A stretch of 26,355 nt of DNA, from the IMG/VR virus record IMGVR_UViG_3300037045_000233, positions 1 to 26,355 of that record; one strand, 5' to 3'. The translations under genes were made by a program, and so were the position numbers. Below, one piece after another: positions 16,171-26,247 of the stretch; positions within the stretch are counted from its first letter, which is position 1; each line of letters opens with the position of its first letter. The notes under the pieces were generated by a model. The model was not told where the DNA came from and ran no database searches. It saw nothing but the letters and a program-made list of their open reading frames with translations. Origin of the DNA: a virus (lineage: Duplodnaviria; Caudoviricetes).

Positions 16171-17989
16171 AATAGAAAGTACAAGTCTAAATTTAGAAAA
16201 ACTCAATGTAGAAAAACTCAAGGAATTGTTTCCTAATGTCGTTATAGAAGGCAAGATTGATTTTGATAAATTGAAAGTCATCCTAGGTGATCAAGTAGAT
16301 GATCGAGTAGAAAAATATCAATTTACTTGGAATGGTAAAAGTAACACAATTAAGTTAGCACAATCTCCATCAACCGGAACATTGATTCCTTCGAAAGATG
16401 ATAGCAAGAACTGGAATACAACAGAAAGCCTTTATATTGAAGGCGATAACCTTGAAGTATTGAAACAACTTCAAAAGACGTACTATGGAAAAATTAAAAT
16501 GATTTATATTGATCCTCCATATAATACAGGCGGAGATTTTGTTTATAAAGATGATTTTAAAGATAATATCCAAAACTACAAAGAACAAACGAAGCAAACA
16601 TCAAGAGCAAATCCTGAAACAAATGGAAGATATCATACTGATTGGCTAAATATGATGTATTCAAGAATGCTACTTGCTAAAAATTTGCTTAAAGATGATG
16701 GAGTAATTTTTATTTCTATTGATGATAATGAAGTGACAAGCCTGCGTAAAGTTTGTGATGAGTTATTTGGTGAACAAAACTTTATATGTCAGTTCATATG
16801 GAAATCCAAACTTGGCAAGGTTGGCACTACAAAAACGATATCTGCTACACATGAATACATTCTTTGTTATGGAAAACATAGTGAGAACGTAGAATTCAAA
16901 ATGATTGAATCAAGTAATGATGGGAGACGTGAGAATTTACGTCAATGGGGGCAAGCAGATCGACGTGAGGATAGACCATCCATGTTTTATCCAATAACAA
17001 TCAATGGAATTAGTGTTTTACCAATTAAAGAAGACGGTTCAGAAGGACGTTGGAGAGTTTCTAAAGATACTGCTAACGACCTATTATTGAATGGATTACT
17101 TGAATTAGTCGAGAAAGACGGTAAGTTTAATATTTATAGAATTTTTGAACCTGGACTTTCTATTACTTCATACGATACATTGTTGCTTGATGATATTGGC
17201 ACGACTGCAAAAGGTTCAATAACTTTAAAAAATTTGGACTTAGCTAAAGTTTTTGATTTTTCGAAACCAATTGAGTTGATCAAACATTTTATAACGCTTA
17301 GTGTACATAGTAATGATATAATCCTTGATTTCTTTTCAGGATCTGCAACAACAGCCCATGCTGTTATGCAACTCAATGCTGAAGATGGTGGAAATAGAAA
17401 ATTTATCATGGTCCAATTACCAGAGTTAACTGATGCGTCCTCAGAAGCCTATAAAGCTGGATACAAGAACATTTGTGAAATTGGAAAAGAACGTATCCGT
17501 AGAGCGGGTGAACAGATCAAACAGGAGTTAATTGATAAGAAAAACAATGCTGGTCTACTTGATGACAACATCGTTGATCCAGAAACTTTTGATAATGGAT
17601 TTAAGGTATTCAAACTTGAATCCACTAACATCATTCCTTGGGATGGAACCATCAAATTTGACGAAGACACTATTTTTTCACAAACAGAAGTCATCAAAGA
17701 AGATAGAACTAGTCTTGATGTCTTATACGAAATCATGCTAAAGTATGGTGTTTTTGACAAGCCTGTTGATGAGATTAAGGTAAATGGAAAAACGATGTAT
17801 AGCATTGCTAAAGGCTATTTAATCGTATGTCTTGATAACAATATCTCACTAGAAGATGTCAAAGAGATTGGCAAATTAAAACCACGTAATGTGATATTTA
17901 AAGAATCTGGATTTAGAAACGATAATGACAAGATTAATGCAACTTATACATTAGAAAAACTCGGTGTCGAAGAAGTTAAAAGCATCTAG
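16163..17989 (+). CDS. mod: Type III R-M system methyltransferase (beta-class amino-MTase)
   Basis: IEGDNLEVLK, IYIDPPYNTG (motif IV) ahead of LDFFSGSATTAHAV (motif I), FIMVQL; AAGGAGG RBS. Confidence 0.93.
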   Translation: MNKIESTSLNLEKLNVEKLKELFPNVVIEGKIDFDKLKVILGDQVDDRVEKYQFTWNGKSNTIKLAQSPSTGTLIPSKDDSKNWNTTESLYIEGDNLEVLKQLQKTYYGKIKMIYIDPPYNTGGDFVYKDDFKDNIQNYKEQTKQTSRANPETNGRYHTDWLNMMYSRMLLAKNLLKDDGVIFISIDDNEVTSLRKVCDELFGEQNFICQFIWKSKLGKVGTTKTISATHEYILCYGKHSENVEFKMIESSNDGRRENLRQWGQADRREDRPSMFYPITINGISVLPIKEDGSEGRWRVSKDTANDLLLNGLLELVEKDGKFNIYRIFEPGLSITSYDTLLLDDIGTTAKGSITLKNLDLAKVFDFSKPIELIKHFITLSVHSNDIILDFFSGSATTAHAVMQLNAEDGGNRKFIMVQLPELTDASSEAYKAGYKNICEIGKERIRRAGEQIKQELIDKKNNAGLLDDNIVDPETFDNGFKVFKLESTNIIPWDGTIKFDEDTIFSQTEVIKEDRTSLDVLYEIMLKYGVFDKPVDEIKVNGKTMYSIAKGYLIVCLDNNISLEDVKEIGKLKPRNVIFKESGFRNDNDKINATYTLEKLGVEEVKSI

Positions 17990-18000
17990 GGGGGATATTG

Positions 18001-20997
18001 ATGAAATTAAAATTTATTGATCAGCAATATCAATCTGATGCTGTTGAATCTATTGTGAATATATTTGAAGGGTCTAAGGTAAAAGACTCGCTTTTTACCA
18101 TCGACATTTCTAAAGGTAAAGGATTAACAGAATTAGTTGAATATCGAACAGAAGGTGTTGGTGTAACTTATGAATTAGGGTATGCCAACAAACTACTTCT
18201 AGATAATGCAGAACTATTAGCCAATGTTCGTAAGATACAAGAAAAAAATGGCATTCTAAAGAGTACGGATATCAATGGTAGAAACTTTACCATTGAAATG
18301 GAGACCGGAACAGGTAAAACATATGTATACACCAAGACTATATTAGAACTCCATAAACGATATGGCTTTACGAAGTTTATTATCGTCGTTCCTAGTATTG
18401 CCATTAAAGAAGGGGTTTATAAGAGTTTTCAAATCACGGAAGACCACTTTAAGCTCAAATATGATAACGAGATTTATAACTACTTCGTCTATGATTCGAG
18501 TAAATTAACTCAAATTCAAACATTTGCTACCAGTTCAAATATTGAAATCATGATTATCAATATCGATGCATTTAGAAAGAGTTTTGATGATCCTGAAAAA
18601 GAAACCAAAGCGAACATCATCCACCGTGCGAGTGATAAGTTAAGTGGTAACAAACCAATCGACTTAATTTCAAGCACAAATCCAATTGTAATCATCGATG
18701 AACCACAATCTGTAGATAATACACCCAAAGCGAAAGATGCGATCAAATCGTTAAATCCTTTATGCACATTACGCTATTCAGCAACACATCGTGAGTTATA
18801 TAACCTAATGTACCGTTTAACACCAGTCGATGCCTACCAAGAAAATCTAGTTAAGCATATTGAGGTATCATCTCTACAAAGTGATGAAACGACTGCTAAA
18901 CCTTATGTAAAACTCATATCAATTAATGATAAGAACGGATTTTCAGCAAAACTGGAGATTAATGTTTTAAAAAGCGATGGTTCAATTTCTAAAGGAACAG
19001 TTACTGCCAAGATTGGTGAGGATTTATGGGAAAAATCTGGTGGTGTTGACTACTATAAAGAAATGAATTACATCCTTGATGATATCGGTACATTTGAAGA
19101 TGTTGAGTACATCTATTTTGCCAATGGCGTTACAGTGAATAAGGGTGAAGCAGTTGGTGAAGTCAATCAAGATGCGATAAAGCGTGCTCAAATCAGAGAA
19201 ACGATTGAGCTTCATTTAAAAAAAGAAGAAACTTACTTAAAGCATGGTATTAAAGTTTTAAGTTTATTTTTCATTGACCAAGTTGATAAATATAGAGTCT
19301 ATGATACTAGCGGACAACAACTCAAAGGCCAATATGGTATCTGGTTCGAAGAAGAGTTTAATAAGCTCATCAACGGTCGTTTTAAACGACTTAAAGATAC
19401 GTATGGCAATTCTATATCATATGACCCAGAAAAGATTCATGACGGCTACTTCTCTGTTGATAATAAAGGTAGAGCAAAAGATACAAAAGGTGATACTGTA
19501 GCAGATGAATCGACATACTCCAAAATTATGAAAGAAAAAGAAAAGCTATTAAGTTTAGATGAACCTCTTAGATTTATCTTCTCACATTCAGCTTTAAAAG
19601 AAGGATGGGATAATCCAAACGTCTTTCAAGTATGTACATTAGTAGAAACTCAAGATACCATGACCAAAAGACAAAAAATAGGTCGTGGGTTACGCATATG
19701 CGTTAACCAAGATGGTGATCGAGTCAATGAGCCTAAATTTAATATATTGAGTATAGTTGCTAATGAATCCTATAAAGATTTTGCTAGTGGACTACAAAGA
19801 GAACTCGAATCAGATGCTGGATACAAATTTGGAATCATTGAGAAAGTAAGTTTTGCTGGTATGGAACTTACAACTCCATATGGCGTTGAGATTTCTCTTA
19901 CTCAAGTAGACTCAGCGAAAATCTATGCACAACTGAAATCAAAAGGCTATCTTAAATCAAATGGCAAGATTGAAGATAAGTTTTTTAGTGATGTCCAAAA
20001 CAATGAATTTAAACTACCAGATGAGTATGCAGTATTTCAAGATAAAGTGATAACAATGATTAAGAAATTATCACGTGAAATTGAAATTAAGAATGCAAGT
20101 GAAAAAATAAAAGTCAGTATCAATAAAAAAATATTCCTATCAGATGCATTTAAAGATATGTGGAATAGAATTAAGCGTAAAACCCTTTATTCAGTAGAAA
20201 TGGACATCGATAAATTTAAAGAAGATGCCATTGATAAGTTAAAGGTAATGCCTAAAATCATAGCTGAAAAGATTGAACGTGAAAGAACCAAGCTAAATAT
20301 TACGAGTGGTGGTGTCATACAAGAAGGTTCTACAAGATATGGGTCAGTTGGTGATATCAATGAGTTTGATACAATCATTTATCCTGACTTTATTAGAAGA
20401 CTTCAAGATGCGACACACTTATTACGTTCTACCATTATTGAAGTCATAAAAGAATCAGGTAGACTATCTGAATTTTACGATAATCCGGAGTCGTTCATAA
20501 AGAATGTTTCTTCAATATTGAACCAGGCGAAAAAGTCTAACTTGTCAAAAGGACTAAAATACTATCAATCAGATGAATATTTTGTACAAGAGGATGTTTT
20601 TGATGATACTGATCTTTATGGATATAAGGATAAAAACATCATTGATATATCTGATGAGAAAAATGTATATGATCATGTTATTTTTGATTCGACAATTGAA
20701 AAGCAATTTGCTATTGATGCTGAAGAAGATGAAGATGTGACGCTTTACGCAAAACTTCCAAAGAGATTTACTGTTGATACGCCATTTGGTACGTATAATC
20801 CTGACTGGATTGTTGTTATACAATCAAGTGGAGAAGATAAACTCTATTTTGTTGCTGAAACAAAAGGATCTGAAAAGGATGAAGAATTGCGAGAAAGAGA
20901 AAGTAACAAGATTCTTTGTGGTAGAAAGCACTTCGAAGTGCTTGATACAGAAGTGAAGTTCGAAGTTGTAAATAAGTTGAAAAACTTAAAATATTAA
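18001..20997 (+). CDS. res: Type III R-M system restriction subunit
   Basis: METGTGKT, IIDEPQ, YSAT, LKEGWDNPNVFQ, QKIGRGLR; C-terminal nuclease YNPDW...ETKG. Start 18001 (ATG) or 17998 (TTG). Confidence 0.92.
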   Translation: MKLKFIDQQYQSDAVESIVNIFEGSKVKDSLFTIDISKGKGLTELVEYRTEGVGVTYELGYANKLLLDNAELLANVRKIQEKNGILKSTDINGRNFTIEMETGTGKTYVYTKTILELHKRYGFTKFIIVVPSIAIKEGVYKSFQITEDHFKLKYDNEIYNYFVYDSSKLTQIQTFATSSNIEIMIINIDAFRKSFDDPEKETKANIIHRASDKLSGNKPIDLISSTNPIVIIDEPQSVDNTPKAKDAIKSLNPLCTLRYSATHRELYNLMYRLTPVDAYQENLVKHIEVSSLQSDETTAKPYVKLISINDKNGFSAKLEINVLKSDGSISKGTVTAKIGEDLWEKSGGVDYYKEMNYILDDIGTFEDVEYIYFANGVTVNKGEAVGEVNQDAIKRAQIRETIELHLKKEETYLKHGIKVLSLFFIDQVDKYRVYDTSGQQLKGQYGIWFEEEFNKLINGRFKRLKDTYGNSISYDPEKIHDGYFSVDNKGRAKDTKGDTVADESTYSKIMKEKEKLLSLDEPLRFIFSHSALKEGWDNPNVFQVCTLVETQDTMTKRQKIGRGLRICVNQDGDRVNEPKFNILSIVANESYKDFASGLQRELESDAGYKFGIIEKVSFAGMELTTPYGVEISLTQVDSAKIYAQLKSKGYLKSNGKIEDKFFSDVQNNEFKLPDEYAVFQDKVITMIKKLSREIEIKNASEKIKVSINKKIFLSDAFKDMWNRIKRKTLYSVEMDIDKFKEDAIDKLKVMPKIIAEKIERERTKLNITSGGVIQEGSTRYGSVGDINEFDTIIYPDFIRRLQDATHLLRSTIIEVIKESGRLSEFYDNPESFIKNVSSILNQAKKSNLSKGLKYYQSDEYFVQEDVFDDTDLYGYKDKNIIDISDEKNVYDHVIFDSTIEKQFAIDAEEDEDVTLYAKLPKRFTVDTPFGTYNPDWIVVIQSSGEDKLYFVAETKGSEKDEELRERESNKILCGRKHFEVLDTEVKFEVVNKLKNLKY

Positions 20998-21022
20998 CAC
21001 AGAATAATACAAGGGGCAAAAC

Positions 21023-21883
21023 ATGAGTAAAGTACTTTTTTTAGGAAATGGGATTAATAGATTGACAAACGATTTTTCATGGGAAAATTTGATTTCTAAT
21101 TTGCAAAGTTTGATTGGAGAACCATATGTTTTTTCAGATAATGTTCCATTCCCAATGCGTTTTGAATATCTTTATCTTACCGGCAATGAAAAGTATAAAT
21201 ACGATGAGCAGTATTTGATTGATGAAGTAATTTCTGGTATTAAAAAACTAAATACCAATCCCGCACATGATTTTTTAGAGAATTATGAATGTACAGATAT
21301 AATTACAACCAATTATGATTATCTTATAGAAACGGGCTTAGGCAAAAGAGGACAGGGATTTTCATATTATAAGACAGAATACGCTGACCAAGATGAAACT
21401 CTAGATGCAAAAAGTAAAAAACTGAATAAGAATAGAGAGAAAAGATATCGGTTGTATACGAAAAATGAGTGTTTTGGAACTAACGTTTGGCACATTCATG
21501 GTGAAATTAATTATCCCAAGACAATGGTACTTGGTTTTGAATACTATTTGGATGTTGTAGGCAAAATACAAGAACACATCAATAGTAGTAACAAAAAGGA
21601 AACGAAGAAATCGTGGATAGACTTACTACTAAATGAAAATGTAGATTTTATTGGATACCAACTTGATTATTCTGAAAGCACCGTTTGGTATGTTTTAAAC
21701 TATCGTGCACGTGAGATTGCTGAAGGAAAAATGCCAAAGAACAAAATTTCATATCATGTATTATCTAAAAATATGGATGATAGCAAAAGAAGTATTCTAA
21801 ATGCATACTACATCGATGTAGTTGAGTATAAAATGGATTCCTACGAATCAATGTATTCTGCATTTTTTAAAAATCAACTATGA
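21023..21883 (+). CDS. SIR2-like (SIR2_2) protein, putative NADase defence effector
   Basis: LFLGNGIN, IITTNYD, VWHIHGE and FIGY motifs; starts 25 bp after res. Confidence 0.75.
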   Translation: MSKVLFLGNGINRLTNDFSWENLISNLQSLIGEPYVFSDNVPFPMRFEYLYLTGNEKYKYDEQYLIDEVISGIKKLNTNPAHDFLENYECTDIITTNYDYLIETGLGKRGQGFSYYKTEYADQDETLDAKSKKLNKNREKRYRLYTKNECFGTNVWHIHGEINYPKTMVLGFEYYLDVVGKIQEHINSSNKKETKKSWIDLLLNENVDFIGYQLDYSESTVWYVLNYRAREIAEGKMPKNKISYHVLSKNMDDSKRSILNAYYIDVVEYKMDSYESMYSAFFKNQL

Positions 21884-21946
21884 ACGCCATTTTGATTCAT
21901 GTAAGTCAACTAAACTCTTGTTGTTAGCCTAAAGGGGGAGAATTTA

Positions 21947-23116
21947 ATGATTAAAGTATTTATTGGTCCAAATGGATATGGGAAAACTACCAAACTAGAA
22001 AATACCAAATCCAGTCTAATAGCAACTGGTATTAGCGAAAGTGAAATATTATTTTTGGAGTCAGAAATTTTGTTACTGGATGAAGTAAAAGATACAAAAG
22101 ACAACTCTAAAACTATGGAATATATTTTAGCTGAACTTTTAGAAACAACTCCTGTTGTGACAACAAGAGCAAATTACGAGCAAGCTGTTGATACTGAAAT
22201 ATCAGCAAATATTGCTAGTGTAAATACCATAATTGATGGAATACTATTGATGAATGGTATGGCAAGAAGTGGAGATTTTATTTCTTTATCAGCAGCAAAA
22301 ACTCATAAAAATCTGGTCAAAATCAATCAAAATGATGTTAAAAAGAAAATGGGCAGTGGTCAAAGAATGCATCTGCTACTAGAACTTGTAAATAGGTCTT
22401 CAAAAAACTACATCTTTATTGATGAACCAGAAAAGTATTCACACCCCTCAATGTTAAATAAGACAGCTAGTTTGTTGAATAGCTTATCATTGACTAAGGA
22501 TATCTATATTGCGACCCATTCGCCAAAGTTGCTATCTATGTTGGATTTGGATTTGGATAATATTAGTATTTTGAATGATACCACTTATACTGAAAAGCAT
22601 ATAGATTTTTCGGGTTCTGTCAGTGCTTTCGCAGCACATAGCACGTTATTAAGTGCCAATCCTGATCTAGCGAAATCATATAGTTATTTTAACCTTACTA
22701 ATTTGAAAGATAATGTCAAGAGATTACATTATAGGGATTTTATGGAAGCTTTATTTGCAAAAAATGTTTATCTGGTTGAAGGCGTTAATGATGAACTATT
22801 TATCAAAAAAATGCTCCTTGATAATGGTAAGTATTTTGGAGACTATTACATTTTTCCAGTTTATGGTAAACATCACATGATGATTTTTGCACATATTTTG
22901 ATAAATTTATCGATTAATGTAAAGCTTTTCTTTGATCAAGATAATACAAACGCTATAAACACATCTACTAATACAATTTTATCCAGGTTCAATCATAAAA
23001 TGTTCTCTCCAAACATAGAGACCACTTTTGGTTATCCAAGAGGATCCAAGTATAACACTGTTTCTTTTATAAATTTACTAGACTCAATTACAATTCCAAG
23101 CATTTATGATATTTAG
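21947..23116 (+). CDS. OLD-family ATP-dependent nuclease (ABC ATPase + TOPRIM)
   Basis: Walker A GPNGYGKT, signature MGSGQR, Walker B IFIDEPE, H-loop ATHSP, TOPRIM LVEGVNDE and DQD. Confidence 0.85.
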   Translation: MIKVFIGPNGYGKTTKLENTKSSLIATGISESEILFLESEILLLDEVKDTKDNSKTMEYILAELLETTPVVTTRANYEQAVDTEISANIASVNTIIDGILLMNGMARSGDFISLSAAKTHKNLVKINQNDVKKKMGSGQRMHLLLELVNRSSKNYIFIDEPEKYSHPSMLNKTASLLNSLSLTKDIYIATHSPKLLSMLDLDLDNISILNDTTYTEKHIDFSGSVSAFAAHSTLLSANPDLAKSYSYFNLTNLKDNVKRLHYRDFMEALFAKNVYLVEGVNDELFIKKMLLDNGKYFGDYYIFPVYGKHHMMIFAHILINLSINVKLFFDQDNTNAINTSTNTILSRFNHKMFSPNIETTFGYPRGSKYNTVSFINLLDSITIPSIYDI

Positions 23117-23240
23117 ATTAATTCTCAAATATATGATGGAAATATTTATCCATATACTTTTTAGGTGAATCATTTTTAATATTGTATTTCTCTCCCTTAA
23201 GATTTGATTTTAAATTTATTTAAATAGCAGAAATTTCAAA

Positions 23241-24005
23241 ATGCTGGTTCTTATATTAAATGATGAAAGAGGTTATATTATTTATATCAATGGCAATCAT
23301 TATCCTGACATTTTAATTAAAGTATCACAGAGAGAATACCTCGAGGATATTAAAAATGGTAAAATCTATTTTAACTATGCAGAGTACTTTAGAAAATTCG
23401 AGACTGATAAGTCAAAAGATTCAAGAGAGGGTAAGGTTGCGATTGATACAAGTTATCCTGTTGATTTAAATGATGAAGTTCTTAATCTTCTACATTTGCT
23501 TAATCCTGAAGAACTTAATATGTCTTATATTTCTTCAGCTAAAACTCCTATTTTTTGTTGCACATTACTTGAAAGTCATATGCTTGTTTCAACAGGAGAA
23601 AATACATATGACTTATCATATGAATATCTTCAAGAAATGAGTTGTTGGGGTAGTAGTGTTCTAGTTTTCTCATTGGATGAGTTTTGTCGTAAAATATATC
23701 AAAAGTGCAATTCAATGAGGATAATTCCACTTATAGATAAAGTGGAATATGATCAAGATAATAAAAAATTATCCTTTTCTGATTTCAAAAAAATGATGAT
23801 TACCAATAAATTCGAACCATTTTTTCACAAAACCAAAAGATTCATTAACCAAAATGAATTTAGAGTTGTACTTGGTGGTAATAACATAGTAACTAGTTCT
23901 GATCATTATATTCTTGAAATAGGACGACTTGAATCAGCGCAAATTTACGATTTAAATTGTTTGGGCGATTTGGGATTTAGAGTTATTAAAAACAGCCGAG
24001 AGTAA
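23241..24005 (+). CDS. Hypothetical protein, possibly DUF2971-related/ART-like fold
   Basis: 254-aa ORF with GKIYF, DSREG, IFCCT, VEYD and FHK..RF..QNEFR motifs. Start uncertain. Confidence 0.55.
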   Translation: MLVLILNDERGYIIYINGNHYPDILIKVSQREYLEDIKNGKIYFNYAEYFRKFETDKSKDSREGKVAIDTSYPVDLNDEVLNLLHLLNPEELNMSYISSAKTPIFCCTLLESHMLVSTGENTYDLSYEYLQEMSCWGSSVLVFSLDEFCRKIYQKCNSMRIIPLIDKVEYDQDNKKLSFSDFKKMMITNKFEPFFHKTKRFINQNEFRVVLGGNNIVTSSDHYILEIGRLESAQIYDLNCLGDLGFRVIKNSRE

Positions 24006-24037
24006 ACTATAGTTTGGTGTCTGGAGGAATATGTGTT

Positions 24038-24712
24038 ATGTTTACAATTAGGAAGTATATAATTGGGATTATATTAGGAACGATGATATTTAGTGGGATC
24101 GCTATTGTCGATGACCTAATAATCAAATTATCGATGGGGGTAGCCGCTTCACTCGCATTTAGCATCGTTGGGGCTTTATATGCTGCTGGAATTATTTCAT
24201 CGAGAGCAGATGGTGGAAAAGCTAGATTGTTCATATTTATATTATTATTGGCTTTTTTCCTGTATGTGTTTACACAGATTGCTAAGGGAATTATTTGGTT
24301 GTTCTCTTTTCCAATGTGGATATATATTGTTTTGATCTCTGTCGGAGCGATATCGCTTATAGTGATAATGATTTTAAATAACAAAAGAGCTAAGAAGCGA
24401 TACTTAAAGGAACTAACAGTTCTTGAGTCACCTAATCAACATTTGGTTGAAGAAGTCAGAGTCGAAGACAGCATATCTATAGTGGAACCATTACCAAAAA
24501 GCATACGCGAATTACTTTTGGAAGAAAAAGAGAATAATTTCGTTTTAGCGACAACAAACAATCCTTATAGTCCTGGATTACAATATGTCAAAGTGTATAT
24601 GAATGCTCTTGAATACCCTAAAATCAAAGGATACATTAAGATGGATAGAGCAGCAGCTTTTTGGGGCGATATCTATTATGCAGATGATAAAAGATGGAAA
24701 AAATACAACTGA
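24038..24712 (+). CDS. Membrane protein with about 4 TM helices and a soluble C-terminal domain
   Basis: Four hydrophobic stretches followed by KRAKKR. Start set at the ATG at 24038 after a GGAGG RBS (ORF track start 24014). Confidence 0.75.
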   Translation: MFTIRKYIIGIILGTMIFSGIAIVDDLIIKLSMGVAASLAFSIVGALYAAGIISSRADGGKARLFIFILLLAFFLYVFTQIAKGIIWLFSFPMWIYIVLISVGAISLIVIMILNNKRAKKRYLKELTVLESPNQHLVEEVRVEDSISIVEPLPKSIRELLLEEKENNFVLATTNNPYSPGLQYVKVYMNALEYPKIKGYIKMDRAAAFWGDIYYADDKRWKKYN

Positions 24713-24783
24713 AGGTTCATATGAAATTAATAGCCAATTGAAATCTATCATTATTAATTTTAGGTTATTGAAAGGACAACATT

Positions 24784-25533
24784 ATGTTACGTAATGAATT
24801 TAAAGTTTTTTACGATTATTTATCACAAAATTTGAATAGCATTCAGTGTATGACCGAAGAGTCTGCTAAGTATTTAACTGATTTAATGAGTGGCTTGTAT
24901 GGGGCTCCAATAATTCTACCCTTCGATAGACCAGATATATTGATTTTATTTGATCAACGAACAATAATGATTGAACATTTTAAATACGATTCATCTGAGC
25001 ATAAAAACGGTGGAAGTCTGCTAAAAGAAGAATTAAGAAAAATAGACCAAACACATATCGAAAAAGGATTAAAAATATCTCCAATCAAACATGAGAGTTC
25101 CATTGATCATTTAAAAAACAATTTATTAGACATCTCAAACAAACATATTGCGAAATATCATAATTATATAGATGAGGTTCGAAAGAAAAAAGGAGTCAGT
25201 TTTGGAGATACTTATAGAGACATTATACAAACAAATAAAGAATTTGGTTTTGCAACACAAGACGACTCACTTGACTATAATATGTACAAAAAAGCAGATG
25301 GTTCGATGGAATACATTACGCCATTCCATTTGAAAGAATTTAGAGATTTTTTGCGACAACACCATGAAATTGAACATTTGTTTCACATGGTAAACTCACC
25401 AACAGAAAAGAAGTTTATTTACTATTTTCACAACGTGCCTAAAGAACTTACTAATTTGGATGACATAATGAGTTTTTCATCTCCTTCTAAAATTGAAGAA
25501 GCTGATGTGTACTTTTGGAAAAACAATAAATGA
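24784..25533 (+). CDS. Hypothetical protein, possible PD-(D/E)xK-fold nuclease
   Basis: DRPDILIL...IMIEHFKYDSS resembles a PD..ExH variant active site; AAGGA RBS. Confidence 0.6.
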   Translation: MLRNEFKVFYDYLSQNLNSIQCMTEESAKYLTDLMSGLYGAPIILPFDRPDILILFDQRTIMIEHFKYDSSEHKNGGSLLKEELRKIDQTHIEKGLKISPIKHESSIDHLKNNLLDISNKHIAKYHNYIDEVRKKKGVSFGDTYRDIIQTNKEFGFATQDDSLDYNMYKKADGSMEYITPFHLKEFRDFLRQHHEIEHLFHMVNSPTEKKFIYYFHNVPKELTNLDDIMSFSSPSKIEEADVYFWKNNK

Positions 25534-25778
25534 CTATCAGTATTTAGCTTGGTAATACTCGTATAAACCGTAGTATGAAATAAGTGTTCATCTAAAGATA
25601 ACCGTCAATATTAGTTAATGTCATTGTCTTAACTGGGTTCATTCATTGTTTTCTAATCACTTTTGATGAATGTGCTGAAAATTATCTAGAGGATTTAATT
25701 TGTTCATTCCGTTATCATAGGCTTGAGAATATCTTGACTACGTATTGAAACTTATTAAGTATAGAGAGGAGGGAAAAT

Positions 25779-26021
25779 ATGAAGAAGAATTTTAACGATT
25801 TGACAGAATTGTGCAGGGAAATATTAAAATTTAACCTTGAAGGACTTGCAAAGAAAGACGCCTATTCATACATATTAGGTGAAGTATCTACACATGAATT
25901 TGAACGAAGACTAAGTATTATAACAGATTTCCTTAGTAACGAACTTGAAGAAGATGGAACTAGAGAAGAAGCCACTAGAATTAAAGAAGGATTAAGTAAT
26001 AAAATTATGTCGCGCAAGTAA
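25779..26021 (+). CDS. Small hypothetical protein
   Basis: 80 aa with a strong GAGGAGG RBS. Confidence 0.65.
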   Translation: MKKNFNDLTELCREILKFNLEGLAKKDAYSYILGEVSTHEFERRLSIITDFLSNELEEDGTREEATRIKEGLSNKIMSRK

Positions 26022-26148
26022 GTAAATAGTATGAGGTCATTTTAGAATTCGGCAAATACCTTATAAAAACATTTGTTGTGTAAGAATTTTTATACTGAGG
26101 TTTATACCGTAAAAGGTATATTAAGCAGATATCATGCAAAACAAATAA

Positions 26149-26200
26149 ACAAACTTGGTTGTGACAACCTCAAAAAGTGTCACAAACTTGGTTATGACAA
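26149..26200. repeat. 19-bp direct repeat with a nested inverted repeat
   Basis: ACAAACTTGGTT(G/A)TGACAA at 26149 and 26182; TTGTGACA (26159) pairs with TGTCACAA (26178). Confidence 0.7.
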
Positions 26201-26216
26201 GACATATTGAATGCAT

Positions 26217-26247
26217 AGGTTTGATACAATCGTATCAAGCCTTTTTT
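26217..26247 (+). terminator. Rho-independent terminator-like hairpin
   Basis: AGGTTTGATAC-AATC-GTATCAAGCCT followed by TTTTT. Confidence 0.55.

Larger units (their letters stand above)
1290..26021. mobile_element. Integrative element / phage-satellite-like defence island (boundaries approximate)
   Basis: Tandem large serine recombinases at the left edge, then repressor/Cro, tyrosine recombinase, xis, rep, TerS-like gene, cos-like motif and defence cargo. No housekeeping genes. att sites were not identified with certainty. Confidence 0.65.

Noticed and set aside
16163-17989. Phase-variable mod (phasevarion)
   Set aside because: No simple-sequence repeat tract seen in the gene; the G6 run after its stop is the res RBS.
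12206-20997. DISARM or BREX
   Set aside because: No DrmA/DrmB (DUF1998), PglZ or BrxC; the Mod and Res motifs indicate type III R-M.
21947-23116. Gabija or retron system
   Set aside because: No adjacent UvrD-like GajB and no reverse transcriptase.
554-24794. Short alternate-frame or antisense ORFs in the track (e.g. 554-763, 2222-2485, 4020-4259, 5998-6246, 7427-7741, 16042-16281, 17449-17805, 24007-24384, 24603-24794)
   Set aside because: They overlap longer motif-bearing genes and show no recognisable motifs; treated as shadow ORFs.
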